Source: Waterburya sp. | GTDB taxonomy: Bacteria > Cyanobacteriota > Cyanobacteriia > Cyanobacteriales > Xenococcaceae | Direction: 5' to 3' | DNA: 64,000 nucleotides | Assembly: GCA_965217895.1 (NCBI GenBank) | Contig: CBDCJV010000002.1 | Location: 2,112,001 to 2,176,000 of the forward strand | Part shown: positions 9,299-19,838 of the stretch, one piece after another | Numbering within the stretch: the first letter of the stretch is position 1 | Layout: each line of letters starts with the position of its first letter | Program-made: the position numbers and the translations under genes | Notes under the pieces: generated by a model | What the model saw: only the letters and a program-made list of their open reading frames with translations | What the model was told of the DNA's origin: nothing | Database searches by the model: none

Positions 9299-9838
9299 AT
9301 GAACTACAAATCGAAAAAAGAGATTGCTCAAAGTAAAACTACTATTTTTTGGATTGTTTTAATCTTATTATCTCTATGGTTGGGTTGGAAGGCTCAGAAT
9401 CAAGAACCTGCTTATTCTTTTGAACAATATCCAACTGAGAACAATATCATCAAAACCAAAGAACAAGAAATTAAAGTAAGCCGAGTTTACATAACCAAAT
9501 CATTTGTAGCAGGTTTGACAAACGAAGTTCGCACTGCGAAAGGAAAATATTTAGTTTTAGAGGTAGATGTTACTAACACTAGTAAAAAAACAGATTCAAT
9601 AGAAGACCATAGTTTAAAGCTTAAAGATAACCAAGGAAGAACTTATCAACAAGATTTTTCAGTTGAAAGTGATTTGATTTGGAATAATAAAAATAAGTTT
9701 GACGAAGGTTTAATTTTGCCTGGAATGACCAATAGAGATCTATTAGCTTATGATGTTCTCGAAGATGCTCAAGGAGTGACATTAAATTACAGAGACTCGT
9801 TAGGAATGGAAGAATATACTATTCCAATTACTCAATGA
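9299..9838 (+). CDS. DUF4352-like membrane-anchored protein
   Basis: N-terminal TM; GKYLVLEVDVTN, LKDNQGRTY, LPG...LAYDV. Confidence 0.7.
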   Translation: MNYKSKKEIAQSKTTIFWIVLILLSLWLGWKAQNQEPAYSFEQYPTENNIIKTKEQEIKVSRVYITKSFVAGLTNEVRTAKGKYLVLEVDVTNTSKKTDSIEDHSLKLKDNQGRTYQQDFSVESDLIWNNKNKFDEGLILPGMTNRDLLAYDVLEDAQGVTLNYRDSLGMEEYTIPITQ

Positions 9839-9898
9839 AAATTGATAAAATGTTTAGTCCGCTTAATAAACGATTTGTCCTTGGTCAATGAGTTAAAC

Positions 9899-10474
9899 CT
9901 ATTTAAATTCAATATTTTCATACAGATCGGCAATTTTGAACTGTACGTCCACTGAACTCAAGGTTAAAGTCATTTCGGAGTCGGTATATTCCGATAATAA
10001 CCATTGATGAGCATTCGTTTTAACGTAATGTTCGACCTGAATTTTATATTGATCGATCAAAAGATATTCTTGAAAAGTCTCAATCGTGCGGTATGCCACA
10101 AACTTTTCACTGCGATCATAATCTTTAGTTGATTTTGATAGTACTTCCGCTATTAAACAGGGATTCATCACCGTATCAGTTCGACTTTCCTGAAGCTGAA
10201 TTGGTTTTTCCAGAACCATAATATCGGGATAAGTATAGAGATTGCGATTGGAAATCCAAAGACGCTGATCTGTAAAAAAAGTTTCATAAGGTTGTTCTTT
10301 GAAAGCGAGTTCAAGAGCAATCAGTAAATTACGGCAAATTCTATTGTGGTTGGGCGTACCTCCTGTCATTAATCTAATTTCTCCATCGTCATATTCATGA
10401 CGTTCTTCTGAGAGTATTTCCCAGTTTAAATACTCTTCAGAGGTGTAAGTTTTCTTCTCAAGTGCCTGTGTCAT
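9899..10474 (-). CDS. Uma2-family endonuclease
   Basis: MTGGTPNH, TYPDIMV, AEVLSKSTKDYDR, FQEYLLIDQ. Confidence 0.9.
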   Translation of the reverse strand: MTQALEKKTYTSEEYLNWEILSEERHEYDDGEIRLMTGGTPNHNRICRNLLIALELAFKEQPYETFFTDQRLWISNRNLYTYPDIMVLEKPIQLQESRTDTVMNPCLIAEVLSKSTKDYDRSEKFVAYRTIETFQEYLLIDQYKIQVEHYVKTNAHQWLLSEYTDSEMTLTLSSVDVQFKIADLYENIEFK

Positions 10475-10523
10475 TTCACCTAATATTCAATATTTATCGC
10501 TGAAGAAAACCATGTTTGCATAG

Positions 10524-10841
10524 TTAAACCAAAGTATCTAAATGCTGAATCAACTGTTGCGCTTGCAACACGCCTTCTATTCTCTCTGCGGGTTGACCAT
10601 CTTTGAATAAAACTAAAGTAGGTAAAGCTTCTATTTGATACTTAGTAGCCAGATTAGGATACTTATCGGTATCAATTTTGACTACCTGAAGGCGATCGCG
10701 TAAATTAGCCCCTACCTGTTCTAAAATTGGGGTCATCATCTGACAAGGACCACACCAAGTTGCGTAAAAATCTACTAAAACAGGAAGCTCTGAACCTTTC
10801 AATAGATCTTCAAAACTGGAGAATTGTTTTTTAACTGCCAT
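10524..10841 (-). CDS. Thioredoxin (probably y-type)
   Basis: VLVDFYATWCGPC. Confidence 0.93.
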   Translation of the reverse strand: MAVKKQFSSFEDLLKGSELPVLVDFYATWCGPCQMMTPILEQVGANLRDRLQVVKIDTDKYPNLATKYQIEALPTLVLFKDGQPAERIEGVLQAQQLIQHLDTLV

Positions 10842-10914
10842 AGCGATCGCCTTATATACAAGTAATTGAGTCGCGAACTAGTCTAAGGGACTAATAAGCC
10901 TATATGATAGCTAA

Positions 10915-11739
<825 letters not shown>

Positions 11740-12039
11740 AATCGCTGCTGTTCTTTCGGTTTAAATTCTCAGTGATATGACTCGTAGCTATCAGCTATTA
11801 GCCATTGGTGACAAGTTAAGAAAATATACAGCTCAAGTCTATAGAAGTGGTGTAATCTTACAAAAATATCAAATAACAAATGCGATCGTACTAGATGATT
11901 TTGATTTGAAACAAGTTAATTGCGATCGCATTTTTCAATATTCAATTGCGTTAATTTAGTAGTATAGTTGTTGTCAAATACTTCCATCGAAAAAGCGAAC
12001 TCGAATGAGAAGAATATATTAAACAATAAGCATTACTCT

Positions 12040-12879
12040 TTAACTTGAAGTACGTGGAATGAAGGCGATGACTTCTATTGCTTGATTTTCCGCAGGACGC
12101 AGAATTGTATAATCGTAATCAAGGTAGCCAAGTGATGGATGATCAAATTCTTTACGCCCATTATCGCGTCCAGTAACATCTGTTTCCCTCCACCATTTGC
12201 TAAATTGAGTGCTAATATTACTTAACCGTTCTATCAACGAGACAAATATTGGATTGCCAATTTCTGTCGCATAAATTGCTCTAAATTGTCGTATGGCAAT
12301 CTTTGCGTGCCACTCCCACTGTCTTAAATATTGCGTAAAAATTGGATCGGTAAAAAATAGATAAAGTAGGTTTCTGTCGTTATCCTCAAGGTAAGACCAA
12401 GTATTAAAGAATTTATTAGCAGAGTTATTCTGCGCGAGTATTTGCCAATCTTTTCTGAGAATAAGTGCGGGTGCTTTTGACAAATGTGAAATCATGCGCT
12501 GCATAAGCTGAATGTCTGCATCTAATACTTCAGTTGGAATAGGAGTATAGTCGGCAAGAGAATAGAGGTGTCTTCGTTCTGGTTCGTTTAATTGAAAAAC
12601 TTTTGCTAATTGATTCAATACATCAGTTGAAGGACAAATGTTGCGACCTTGTTCCAACCAAGTGTACCAGTCTACGCTCATTCCAGCGAGATTAGCGACT
12701 TCGGCTCTGGATAAACCAGGATTTCGTCTGCGCGGTCGTTCGGGCAATCCCAAAATTTCTGGATTGGTACGCTGGCGACAAGATTTGAGAAATTCCGATA
12801 GCTGCGTAAGACGTTCAGAGTTGATGCGATCGATTTTATCGCGATGATTAGGATTCGTACTCCTAGGTTTAATGCTCAT
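12040..12879 (-). CDS. XRE-HTH / MmyB-like transcriptional regulator
   Basis: RRRNPGLSRAEVA, WYTWLEQGR, RNLLYLFF. Confidence 0.88.
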   Translation of the reverse strand: MSIKPRSTNPNHRDKIDRINSERLTQLSEFLKSCRQRTNPEILGLPERPRRRNPGLSRAEVANLAGMSVDWYTWLEQGRNICPSTDVLNQLAKVFQLNEPERRHLYSLADYTPIPTEVLDADIQLMQRMISHLSKAPALILRKDWQILAQNNSANKFFNTWSYLEDNDRNLLYLFFTDPIFTQYLRQWEWHAKIAIRQFRAIYATEIGNPIFVSLIERLSNISTQFSKWWRETDVTGRDNGRKEFDHPSLGYLDYDYTILRPAENQAIEVIAFIPRTSS

Positions 12880-12981
12880 CTTGTCCCCTTACTTTTTACA
12901 AGATATTGTTAAACAGTAATAGTTGTCATAAACACTATCACAGTATGACAACGGAGCGACTGAAACCAAGGAGGTAAGCAA

Positions 12982-13338
12982 ATGAAATTAATTGAATACC
13001 AGAACATCGTGATGCCCATTAACCAATATGCGCGAGGAGCGATGGAAGGCAACAGCATCGTTATGAAACAGGGCTTTCACACATCAGCTTTGATTCACGG
13101 CTATTTGGATGGCAGCTTATTAGCAGATCCGATTCAAGTTCTCTATGACTACGTGGACACTCATCCACCAGCTAGCAATCTTAAATATGTAATACGTTCA
13201 GTTGACTGGGAAGGAAATGCAGCATCAGCAAGAGTAGAAATCGAAAACTGGCACGACCATACATACACAGATTTATTCACGCTTTTGAAAATTGAAGAAC
13301 GGTGGCAAATTACTGGCAAGATCTTCGTACAACATTGA
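12982..13338 (+). CDS. NTF2/SnoaL-like (putative lumazine-binding) protein
   Basis: YTDLFTLLK...WQITGKIF; AGGAGG RBS; divergent from the MmyB-like regulator. Confidence 0.8.
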   Translation: MKLIEYQNIVMPINQYARGAMEGNSIVMKQGFHTSALIHGYLDGSLLADPIQVLYDYVDTHPPASNLKYVIRSVDWEGNAASARVEIENWHDHTYTDLFTLLKIEERWQITGKIFVQH

Positions 13339-13574
13339 TGAAATTAAGTGGAGTTTGTATTTTAAAGATGAATAATCCTTGACGAATGAAGTTCTCAAAG
13401 ACGATCGCATTATACATCTTCAACTTTCTCCAGAACCGTTACAGCAATTAAAAAAGATAGCTGGTAGTGATGAGTATATTTTATTATGATGCAACTGCAA
13501 AAACGTACAAGAAATATAATCCTAGTTTCTCTACTCTTAAGTTTAGGTTAATTTCTACATATTGAGGAGTAAAA

Positions 13575-14288
13575 TTGAATCAGAGTCAGGTTGATCGTTA
13601 TTCACCTTTAACCGAATTTATTGCTGGCACAAAAGCTATTGTACCTTTAGTCATTGGCGCAATTCCCTTTGGTATTATTTTCGGCACTTTAGCTCAAAGT
13701 AGCGGTTTGTCTTTCGGTGGTGCGATCGCTATGTCGGCATTAGTTTTTGCTGGCTCGGCTCAGTTTATTGCTTTGGGGTTATTGGCGACAGGAACAGCTT
13801 TGCCAATAATTATCCTGACTACTTTTGTGGTCAATTTACGTCACCTGCTGTACTCTCTCAGTCTAGTTACTCACGTTCAACGCTTGTCACCAGTTTGGAA
13901 AGTTATTTTGGCTTTTTGGCTGACTGATGAAGTATTTGCAGTGGTAATCAATCGCTATAATCAAAGCGATCGCTCTATCTATAAGCACTGGTATTATTTT
14001 GGTGCAGCTATTTTTATGTATACTAACTGGCAGGTTTGCACCGTAATAGGTTTAAGCATTGGACATCTTATCCCAGATGCAACTAGTTGGGGTTTGGATT
14101 TTGCCATGTCGGTTACTTTTATCGGGATGATTATGCCGTATATCCGAAATAAACCGATGGTTGTCACCGTAATTATCTCAGGAATTATGGCTTTATTGAC
14201 TCAGAATTTTCCCTATCAGTCAGGTTTGATGGTGGCAGCTACAGCAGGAATCATGGCTGGTATGGTTGCCAAAAAAATAAACGTCTAA
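13575..14288 (+). CDS. azlC: AzlC-family branched-chain amino acid exporter, large subunit
   Basis: [22 protein letters not shown]. Confidence 0.9.
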   Translation: MNQSQVDRYSPLTEFIAGTKAIVPLVIGAIPFGIIFGTLAQSSGLSFGGAIAMSALVFAGSAQFIALGLLATGTALPIIILTTFVVNLRHLLYSLSLVTHVQRLSPVWKVILAFWLTDEVFAVVINRYNQSDRSIYKHWYYFGAAIFMYTNWQVCTVIGLSIGHLIPDATSWGLDFAMSVTFIGMIMPYIRNKPMVVTVIISGIMALLTQNFPYQSGLMVAATAGIMAGMVAKKINV

Positions 14289-14295
14289 AAAATTT

Positions 14296-14643
14296 ATGTC
14301 CGAACAAGAATTTTACTTAATTGGGGCGATGGCGGTAGTTACATTTTTGATTCGCTATCCTCTCTTGGCTTTTAGCAATCGAATTAAACTTCCTTCTCGG
14401 CTAGTCGAAGCACTAAATTATCTTCCCCCTGCTATTCTCACGGCAATTATTGTCTCTGCGGTATTGATGCCAACGGGAGATAAAATTCTACTGAGTTATA
14501 CCAATGCTAAACTAATTGGCGCGATCGCAGCTATTTTCATTAGCTGGCGCACCAAAAATCTTCTCGCTACTATTATTGGTGGGATGCTCACGTTTTTTAT
14601 TTGGCAATGGTTGTTGACCATGTTTTATAGTCATTCCAATTAA
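14296..14643 (+). CDS. azlD: AzlD-family small subunit
   Basis: VTFLIRYP, LNYLPPAILTA; follows azlC. Confidence 0.88.
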   Translation: MSEQEFYLIGAMAVVTFLIRYPLLAFSNRIKLPSRLVEALNYLPPAILTAIIVSAVLMPTGDKILLSYTNAKLIGAIAAIFISWRTKNLLATIIGGMLTFFIWQWLLTMFYSHSN

Positions 14644-14756
14644 TTTCCTTATGGTAGTTTTGTATTGATTGTAAGGTTAAATATTATTTGCTACTTGCTA
14701 CTTGCTACTTTTTTCAAAGATAATCTGGTTGCTATTTAAAACGACTATAGTTTGGC

Positions 14757-15275
14757 TCAAGATTGAGATTGTACTGCTACTACTTCAATCTCTACCAACC
14801 AGCCTGGGTTAACTAAACCAGCAATCTGCATTGCCGATCGCGCTGGTAAATTTGGCTGTGTTTCTGTCCCGAAAAATTGCGTATAACCTTCCATAAATCC
14901 ACCAAAGTCCATTTGTCCCCCATTATCAGGATCGCCGACTAAAAAAGCCTGCATTTTTACCACATCACCCATAGTCAAATCGAGACTTTCGAGGATGCTT
15001 TGAATTTCTTCTAAAACATTAACAGTTTGAGTCTTCGTATCGCCAAAGGCTGCAATTGAGTCTGGTTTAGCACTGTCATCAACTATGGAAGGGACTTGAC
15101 CGCTTACATACACTAAAGTGCTTTCAGGTGGTACTGACACGGATTGAGAGATCGGAAAATCTGAATCAGGAATGGGATTTCGGATGACTTGAGCTAAAGT
15201 ACCTTTGAGACTACCAATTAGCAATCCTACTGCCAGAAGCGAAATTAAAGCTATTTTTTGCCAAAATCGAAACAT
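14757..15275 (-). CDS. RidA/YjgF-family imine deaminase with signal peptide
   Basis: LVYVSGQV, PARSA (catalytic Arg position), LVEIEVVA; Sec-type N-terminus. Confidence 0.87.
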   Translation of the reverse strand: MFRFWQKIALISLLAVGLLIGSLKGTLAQVIRNPIPDSDFPISQSVSVPPESTLVYVSGQVPSIVDDSAKPDSIAAFGDTKTQTVNVLEEIQSILESLDLTMGDVVKMQAFLVGDPDNGGQMDFGGFMEGYTQFFGTETQPNLPARSAMQIAGLVNPGWLVEIEVVAVQSQS

Positions 15276-15409
15276 TTATTTTTTCCTTACATAATATTAT
15301 ACCAATTCCTCAAATCACCACTACACATAAATCCCCGTGTCTCCCCGTCCCCCAGTCTTTGAGTCAATCATAGTCACGCCAATTTAAAGAGAAACGGTAT
15401 TATGCTATT

Positions 15410-16993
15410 TTATGCTTGAGTCGCTTTTACTTTTTCAGTAATCTTGGCGATCGCTTGATATGCCGAAAGTATTGCTCCTTCTTGCCAACCCGTTAAATAG
15501 CTTAAATGTTCTCCAGCTAAGTAAATCGATCCTTCGACCTGATTAAGTGTACGATAAGCGCGATCGCGATCTTCTTCTGACCATTCTGCCCAACCACCCA
15601 GGCTATAGGGCATTTTCTCCCAAGCGATAGTTACACCCATTGCAGGATCGATAAACTCTCGGTAATTGGGGTGAACTTTTGAGCCATTGGCGATCGCTTT
15701 GGCAATTCGCTGGGCTGGCATCATTTTCCCCCAAGGATTACCAATCGAATTATCCCAGATATATGCACCGACGATAATACCTTTTTCCTGATGAAATCCG
15801 CTTGAAGGATACCAAATTTGCGTAATATCTCGATCTGTCCAGGAAATTCCGCCATAAATGTGGTCTTGTTGTTCCCAAAAGCGTTGGTTAGCTTGAAAAC
15901 CGACTTTAACTGCATTAGTGTAATTCGTCCCTTGAGTGATCGCCTGCTTTACCTGTAGTGAAAAGTTGGTATCGATCTTGTTTAAGACAGGTAAGGGAAA
16001 AGTGCAGATGGCATAATCTGCGGTCAACTCCTGTTGTCCATCTTTGTCTTGATAGACGACGCTGACTCCATTTCCAGTTTGGCGCATCTGCTTAACCACA
16101 GCCTTGTATTGAATGCGATCGCCTACTTGAGTTTCAAACGCTTTAGCAATTCGATCCATGCCGCCGACAGGTTCAAGCATTGTTGCTGCTTGATGATACC
16201 CTTCCGCGAAATTTAATTTGTATGCCCAAAAATCTGACTTGAGTAGCTCGGAAAATTCCAGTGGTTCGTAAAGTTTTCCTGGGGTTAAGCCTGCCCCTGG
16301 AGGTGAACTATATCCAGCATAATCCGTTCCTTGGTAGCGATAATCTTCACTAAGACCACCATAGCTACTAACAAATTCTAACAGTCGTTCTCGATCTTCA
16401 GCCTGTATCTCTGTATCTAAAGCTTTTTGGTTAATTGCCTTTGCCAACAACTCCGCTATATATCCCCGACTGTCATTGACGACGCGCCGATTTAGAATAG
16501 CTTGACCGCCAAAAGCCTTATCGTCCTGAAAATAAGTAGCTCTGTTTTCATTGATCCGCACCTGCAAAGGCACGCCAAATTCCCGACAATAACCTAAAAT
16601 TTCTCGATGGTGGTAGGGAATTCGGGCAGGGCCAGGATTAAAATACAAATCTTCTTCAGAATCGAAAGGACAGGCCTGTTTACTGGCTAGTTCTGCAATT
16701 TCTGTACCAGCACGAATTGTCCAGCATCTACCACCAGGGCGATCGCGTGCTTCGAGAATTGTACAATCATATCCAGCTTTGCCTAACTCATAAGCAGCTG
16801 TCATTCCCGCAATTCCTGACCCTAGAATTGCCACCTTCACTCCACCTCCTACATCAGCAGCTAATTTGGGCTTAGTTATTGCTTGCGCTGGTGAATTAAG
16901 CAAATTTAAAGTTTTCATGGTGCTGTAAACCGCTGCTACACCACCTACTCTACCAACTAATTTTAGCAGCTTGCGTCGCGTAAACTGATTCAC
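15410..16993 (-). CDS. Tat-exported flavin amine/L-amino acid oxidase
   Basis: TRRKLL signal, GSGIAG, EARDRPGGR, NPGPARIP, AGEH...WQEGA; GTG start. Confidence 0.9.
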   Translation of the reverse strand: MNQFTRRKLLKLVGRVGGVAAVYSTMKTLNLLNSPAQAITKPKLAADVGGGVKVAILGSGIAGMTAAYELGKAGYDCTILEARDRPGGRCWTIRAGTEIAELASKQACPFDSEEDLYFNPGPARIPYHHREILGYCREFGVPLQVRINENRATYFQDDKAFGGQAILNRRVVNDSRGYIAELLAKAINQKALDTEIQAEDRERLLEFVSSYGGLSEDYRYQGTDYAGYSSPPGAGLTPGKLYEPLEFSELLKSDFWAYKLNFAEGYHQAATMLEPVGGMDRIAKAFETQVGDRIQYKAVVKQMRQTGNGVSVVYQDKDGQQELTADYAICTFPLPVLNKIDTNFSLQVKQAITQGTNYTNAVKVGFQANQRFWEQQDHIYGGISWTDRDITQIWYPSSGFHQEKGIIVGAYIWDNSIGNPWGKMMPAQRIAKAIANGSKVHPNYREFIDPAMGVTIAWEKMPYSLGGWAEWSEEDRDRAYRTLNQVEGSIYLAGEHLSYLTGWQEGAILSAYQAIAKITEKVKATQA

Positions 16994-17068
16994 AACAACC
17001 TCTTTAAAATGCGCTTAAGCTTTACTGATTTGATCGACAAGATATTTCAGTAATTTTTCTTAAGTAAG

Positions 17069-17110
17069 AAATTAGCTTTTATACCAAAAGTAGAATGTAT
17101 TGCCCTATAC
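17069..17110 (-). promoter_or_regulatory. NtcA-type promoter for the LAAO-Rid pair
   Basis: GTA-N8-TAC at 17097-17110, then 22 nt and TAATTT (TAN3T) on the minus strand. Confidence 0.6.
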
Positions 17111-17300
17111 TATAATTCTTATCAAAAATTTGATGTTGCTATATTAGCCTTTGTTCGGCAGTGGATAAGGCTTGGCAAAGGTGAAAGATTTAGGCGAATC
17201 TCCGTGCAATGTCAGATATTCTAGTTTAGAGAATTATTTAAAACTTAAGAATTTTTAAAATAGGGCAAACAAGCAATAAAAGACGAGGAGACGGAAAGAC

Positions 17301-17597
17301 ATGGAAGAAAGTAATCATGCCATAGCTTTGACAGAAAAAGCGCAGCGCAAACTTCAAGAAGTAACTCTCGACTTCGGTAGTCAGTTTGCTGGTTATTATT
17401 GTCGTCGCACTAATGTATTATGTAAAGCAATTTTCCAAAGTCTCGAACAAAATGGTAAACCAAGTTTGAATAGGTCAGAAGCTGGCTTACAAAATACTCT
17501 GTTTGAACTAGACCGCGAAGTAAGACTGTGCAATATGAAGATGAAGAAGACGATGACTTCCTGGGCTTCCTATTTGAGCGGTAATGACGATAAGTGA
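17301..17597 (+). CDS. Hypothetical protein (98 aa)
   Basis: ATG ORF with purine-rich leader; no recognised motif. Confidence 0.5.
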   Translation: MEESNHAIALTEKAQRKLQEVTLDFGSQFAGYYCRRTNVLCKAIFQSLEQNGKPSLNRSEAGLQNTLFELDREVRLCNMKMKKTMTSWASYLSGNDDK

Positions 17598-17641
17598 TAA
17601 GCGATCTACCTATCACTTCTGACTTCTAACTTCTGACTTCA

Positions 17642-19609
17642 TTAATGACACTTACCATGACCATTACTTGACGGTGGTACATCCATAGCTGGGTTAGCAT
17701 CAAAGAAGCCAATCGGTTTGAGCTTAAAGCCAATATATGCCACGGGCATGACGGGCCAATCTTCGGGACGAGTAACATGATGCTGTCCAAAGGTGTACCA
17801 GACAACAACATCGGTATCTTCAATAGAGCGATCGCCTTGAGTCCATTTGGTTATACCTTCATCTCCTGGATGCTGATTGGGATAGTCCCCCGTACTGTAC
17901 ATTTCATCTGGGCTGTAGGGAGTTATCCAGAGATGCTTATTCATAAAGCCAGCCCGTTTCATTACGCTTGCTTCGGGGTGGGCAAAAGGCAGAATATTAT
18001 CCCCTGGCATTAGTTTGTAGCCGACGGGCTGTCCCAAACCATTTAAGCTAGAGGGATTGGTAATTTTCCAGTAACGACCAGAAAAGGGGTTGGTAATTCG
18101 CTGTGCTGCTAACTCACTAGTTAAGGGAGTAGATTTAGCAAAAAAGGCATTACCGTAAGGGTTAGTTTCTCCTAGGGGTTCGGCTTCGGTATTTACTTCA
18201 TAAACTGTATTATCCTTGCCATCAACGCACATATCTAAGCGAACATTAAAAAAGTGCTGGTGAATTGGCGCATTAAGCTGGGGTGCTACTAGTGTGCCGT
18301 ATTTGGGGTCTTCTCCTGGTATTGCCGACGCAGTATTAACAATGCCCGTTAGCTTGATTTCGTACTGAATTGTGCCATCCTGATAAAAATACCAGAAAAA
18401 GCCGTATTCATAATTACCTACCGTAGAAATAAAAGAAACCACCAAGCGACGCGATCGCCTTACCTCTGCCTGTTCTGTGCGCCAGTCTACGTGCTTCCAG
18501 AGAATGCCAAAGTCTTCTTCGTGCATACATACTGCGTTCTCAATGGTGAAGACATCCCCTCGGCTATTGGTCATAAAGGCATCGAAGTAGCGAATTACTC
18601 CCAAACAGTCGCAGCCTAGCTTTAGGGAATTAGCTAATGTCCCAACTCCATATTCCCCTACATCAAAAGCGTTTTTACGGTAATGCTGAGGTCGAGGATC
18701 GCCGTAGGGAACGACCATATCTGATAAAGAAGCGCGATAAATAATTGGTCGTAATCGTCCGCCATCTTCATAACCAACGGTATAGAGAATTAAGCCTTCG
18801 CGAGGAGTAAAGCCGATGCGAAACTGCCACTTTTGCCAGCGCACAAAATGCCCCTCTATTTCAAAGCTAGTTCCTTGAGGCTGAGTAATGTCTAAAGGTT
18901 TGAGATCTTTGCGAAATTCATCGATAAATTCTTTGGCATAGTTTCCCGACTGGGGCGGTAAGGGAACAACTCCGTGATCTTCGACGCGAATTACCTCCAT
19001 CGTGTTCAAATCCACTACGGGAATTACTCCCTCAATAGGTCGGGCGTAACCGTTATCTGTGGGACTAGATCGCACCCAGCATAAAGCCCTTGATAGTCGT
19101 TGTCCTTTCTCCTCTTCGATCTCGTAGTAGCCAGCCGACCAAGGATCGACCATTACTAAGTCAGGGTCTTCAATGCCTCGCTTTTTAATTGCTGCTTGGA
19201 ACTCAGGGCTAGCTTTAACCGCAGCCTCACACTCTTCAAATTCATCGAGCATAATTGAAGGCTGTACGTCTGGTATATGTTCCCAGGATGTCACGGTTTC
19301 TGAGGTTAAGGATACTACCGCTTCATAGGTTGCCCCGTCGGCATTATCGAGAATAATAATAAAAACTTCGCGCTCGATTTTATCATCCTCTTCAAAGTTA
19401 AAGACAGCCTGCTTATCAGGTTCTTTTAACGTAACAGTGGGAAATCTAATTGTTTTACCTAACTGTTTCTCTCGTTTGAGAATACTAACGGCCGTTTTAA
19501 TCTCCTTTGGTGTTAATGGTTCGAGAGGGTGTTGAGGAGAAGCGAGATTGCGGAAAGTTTGCGATTGGGCTGACGCCCAGCCTTCGGATCGTGTTGTGGT
19601 TGTAGTCAT
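17642..19609 (-). CDS. tynA: Copper-containing primary amine oxidase (TPQ)
   Basis: HPLEPL, AFDVGEYG, LGCDC, TVGNYEY (TPQ consensus), HQH, HVTRPEDWPVMP; start moved to ATG 19609. Confidence 0.93.
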   Translation of the reverse strand: MTTTTTRSEGWASAQSQTFRNLASPQHPLEPLTPKEIKTAVSILKREKQLGKTIRFPTVTLKEPDKQAVFNFEEDDKIEREVFIIILDNADGATYEAVVSLTSETVTSWEHIPDVQPSIMLDEFEECEAAVKASPEFQAAIKKRGIEDPDLVMVDPWSAGYYEIEEEKGQRLSRALCWVRSSPTDNGYARPIEGVIPVVDLNTMEVIRVEDHGVVPLPPQSGNYAKEFIDEFRKDLKPLDITQPQGTSFEIEGHFVRWQKWQFRIGFTPREGLILYTVGYEDGGRLRPIIYRASLSDMVVPYGDPRPQHYRKNAFDVGEYGVGTLANSLKLGCDCLGVIRYFDAFMTNSRGDVFTIENAVCMHEEDFGILWKHVDWRTEQAEVRRSRRLVVSFISTVGNYEYGFFWYFYQDGTIQYEIKLTGIVNTASAIPGEDPKYGTLVAPQLNAPIHQHFFNVRLDMCVDGKDNTVYEVNTEAEPLGETNPYGNAFFAKSTPLTSELAAQRITNPFSGRYWKITNPSSLNGLGQPVGYKLMPGDNILPFAHPEASVMKRAGFMNKHLWITPYSPDEMYSTGDYPNQHPGDEGITKWTQGDRSIEDTDVVVWYTFGQHHVTRPEDWPVMPVAYIGFKLKPIGFFDANPAMDVPPSSNGHGKCH

Positions 19610-19657
19610 GGCAATAAATTTGTGTGGCAAACAATAGAATAAATATTTAAATTCACT

Positions 19658-19768
19658 TTAATCTTGGAAAAGGTCGAGACAAGCGATACCAGCCCAACCG
19701 ATTAAAACTATACCGCCCAAGAAAGAAGCAATATAAACAATCGGACCCCAGCCGAAGTCTGTAGTCAT
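19658..19768 (-). CDS. Small single-TM protein (36 aa)
   Basis: MTTDFGWGPIVYIASFLGGIVLIGWAGIACLDLFQD*; co-oriented between the CLC-like and amine oxidase genes. Confidence 0.55.
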   Translation of the reverse strand: MTTDFGWGPIVYIASFLGGIVLIGWAGIACLDLFQD

Positions 19769-19838
19769 GATTAGGCAAAAGAAGCAAGTTGAAACTAATA
19801 GTACAAAGATTGCCATCAAAAAATTCATAAATTCTAGC

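Noticed and set aside
11777..11959. 60-aa ORF after fabG
   Set aside because: No RBS or motif; probably debris.
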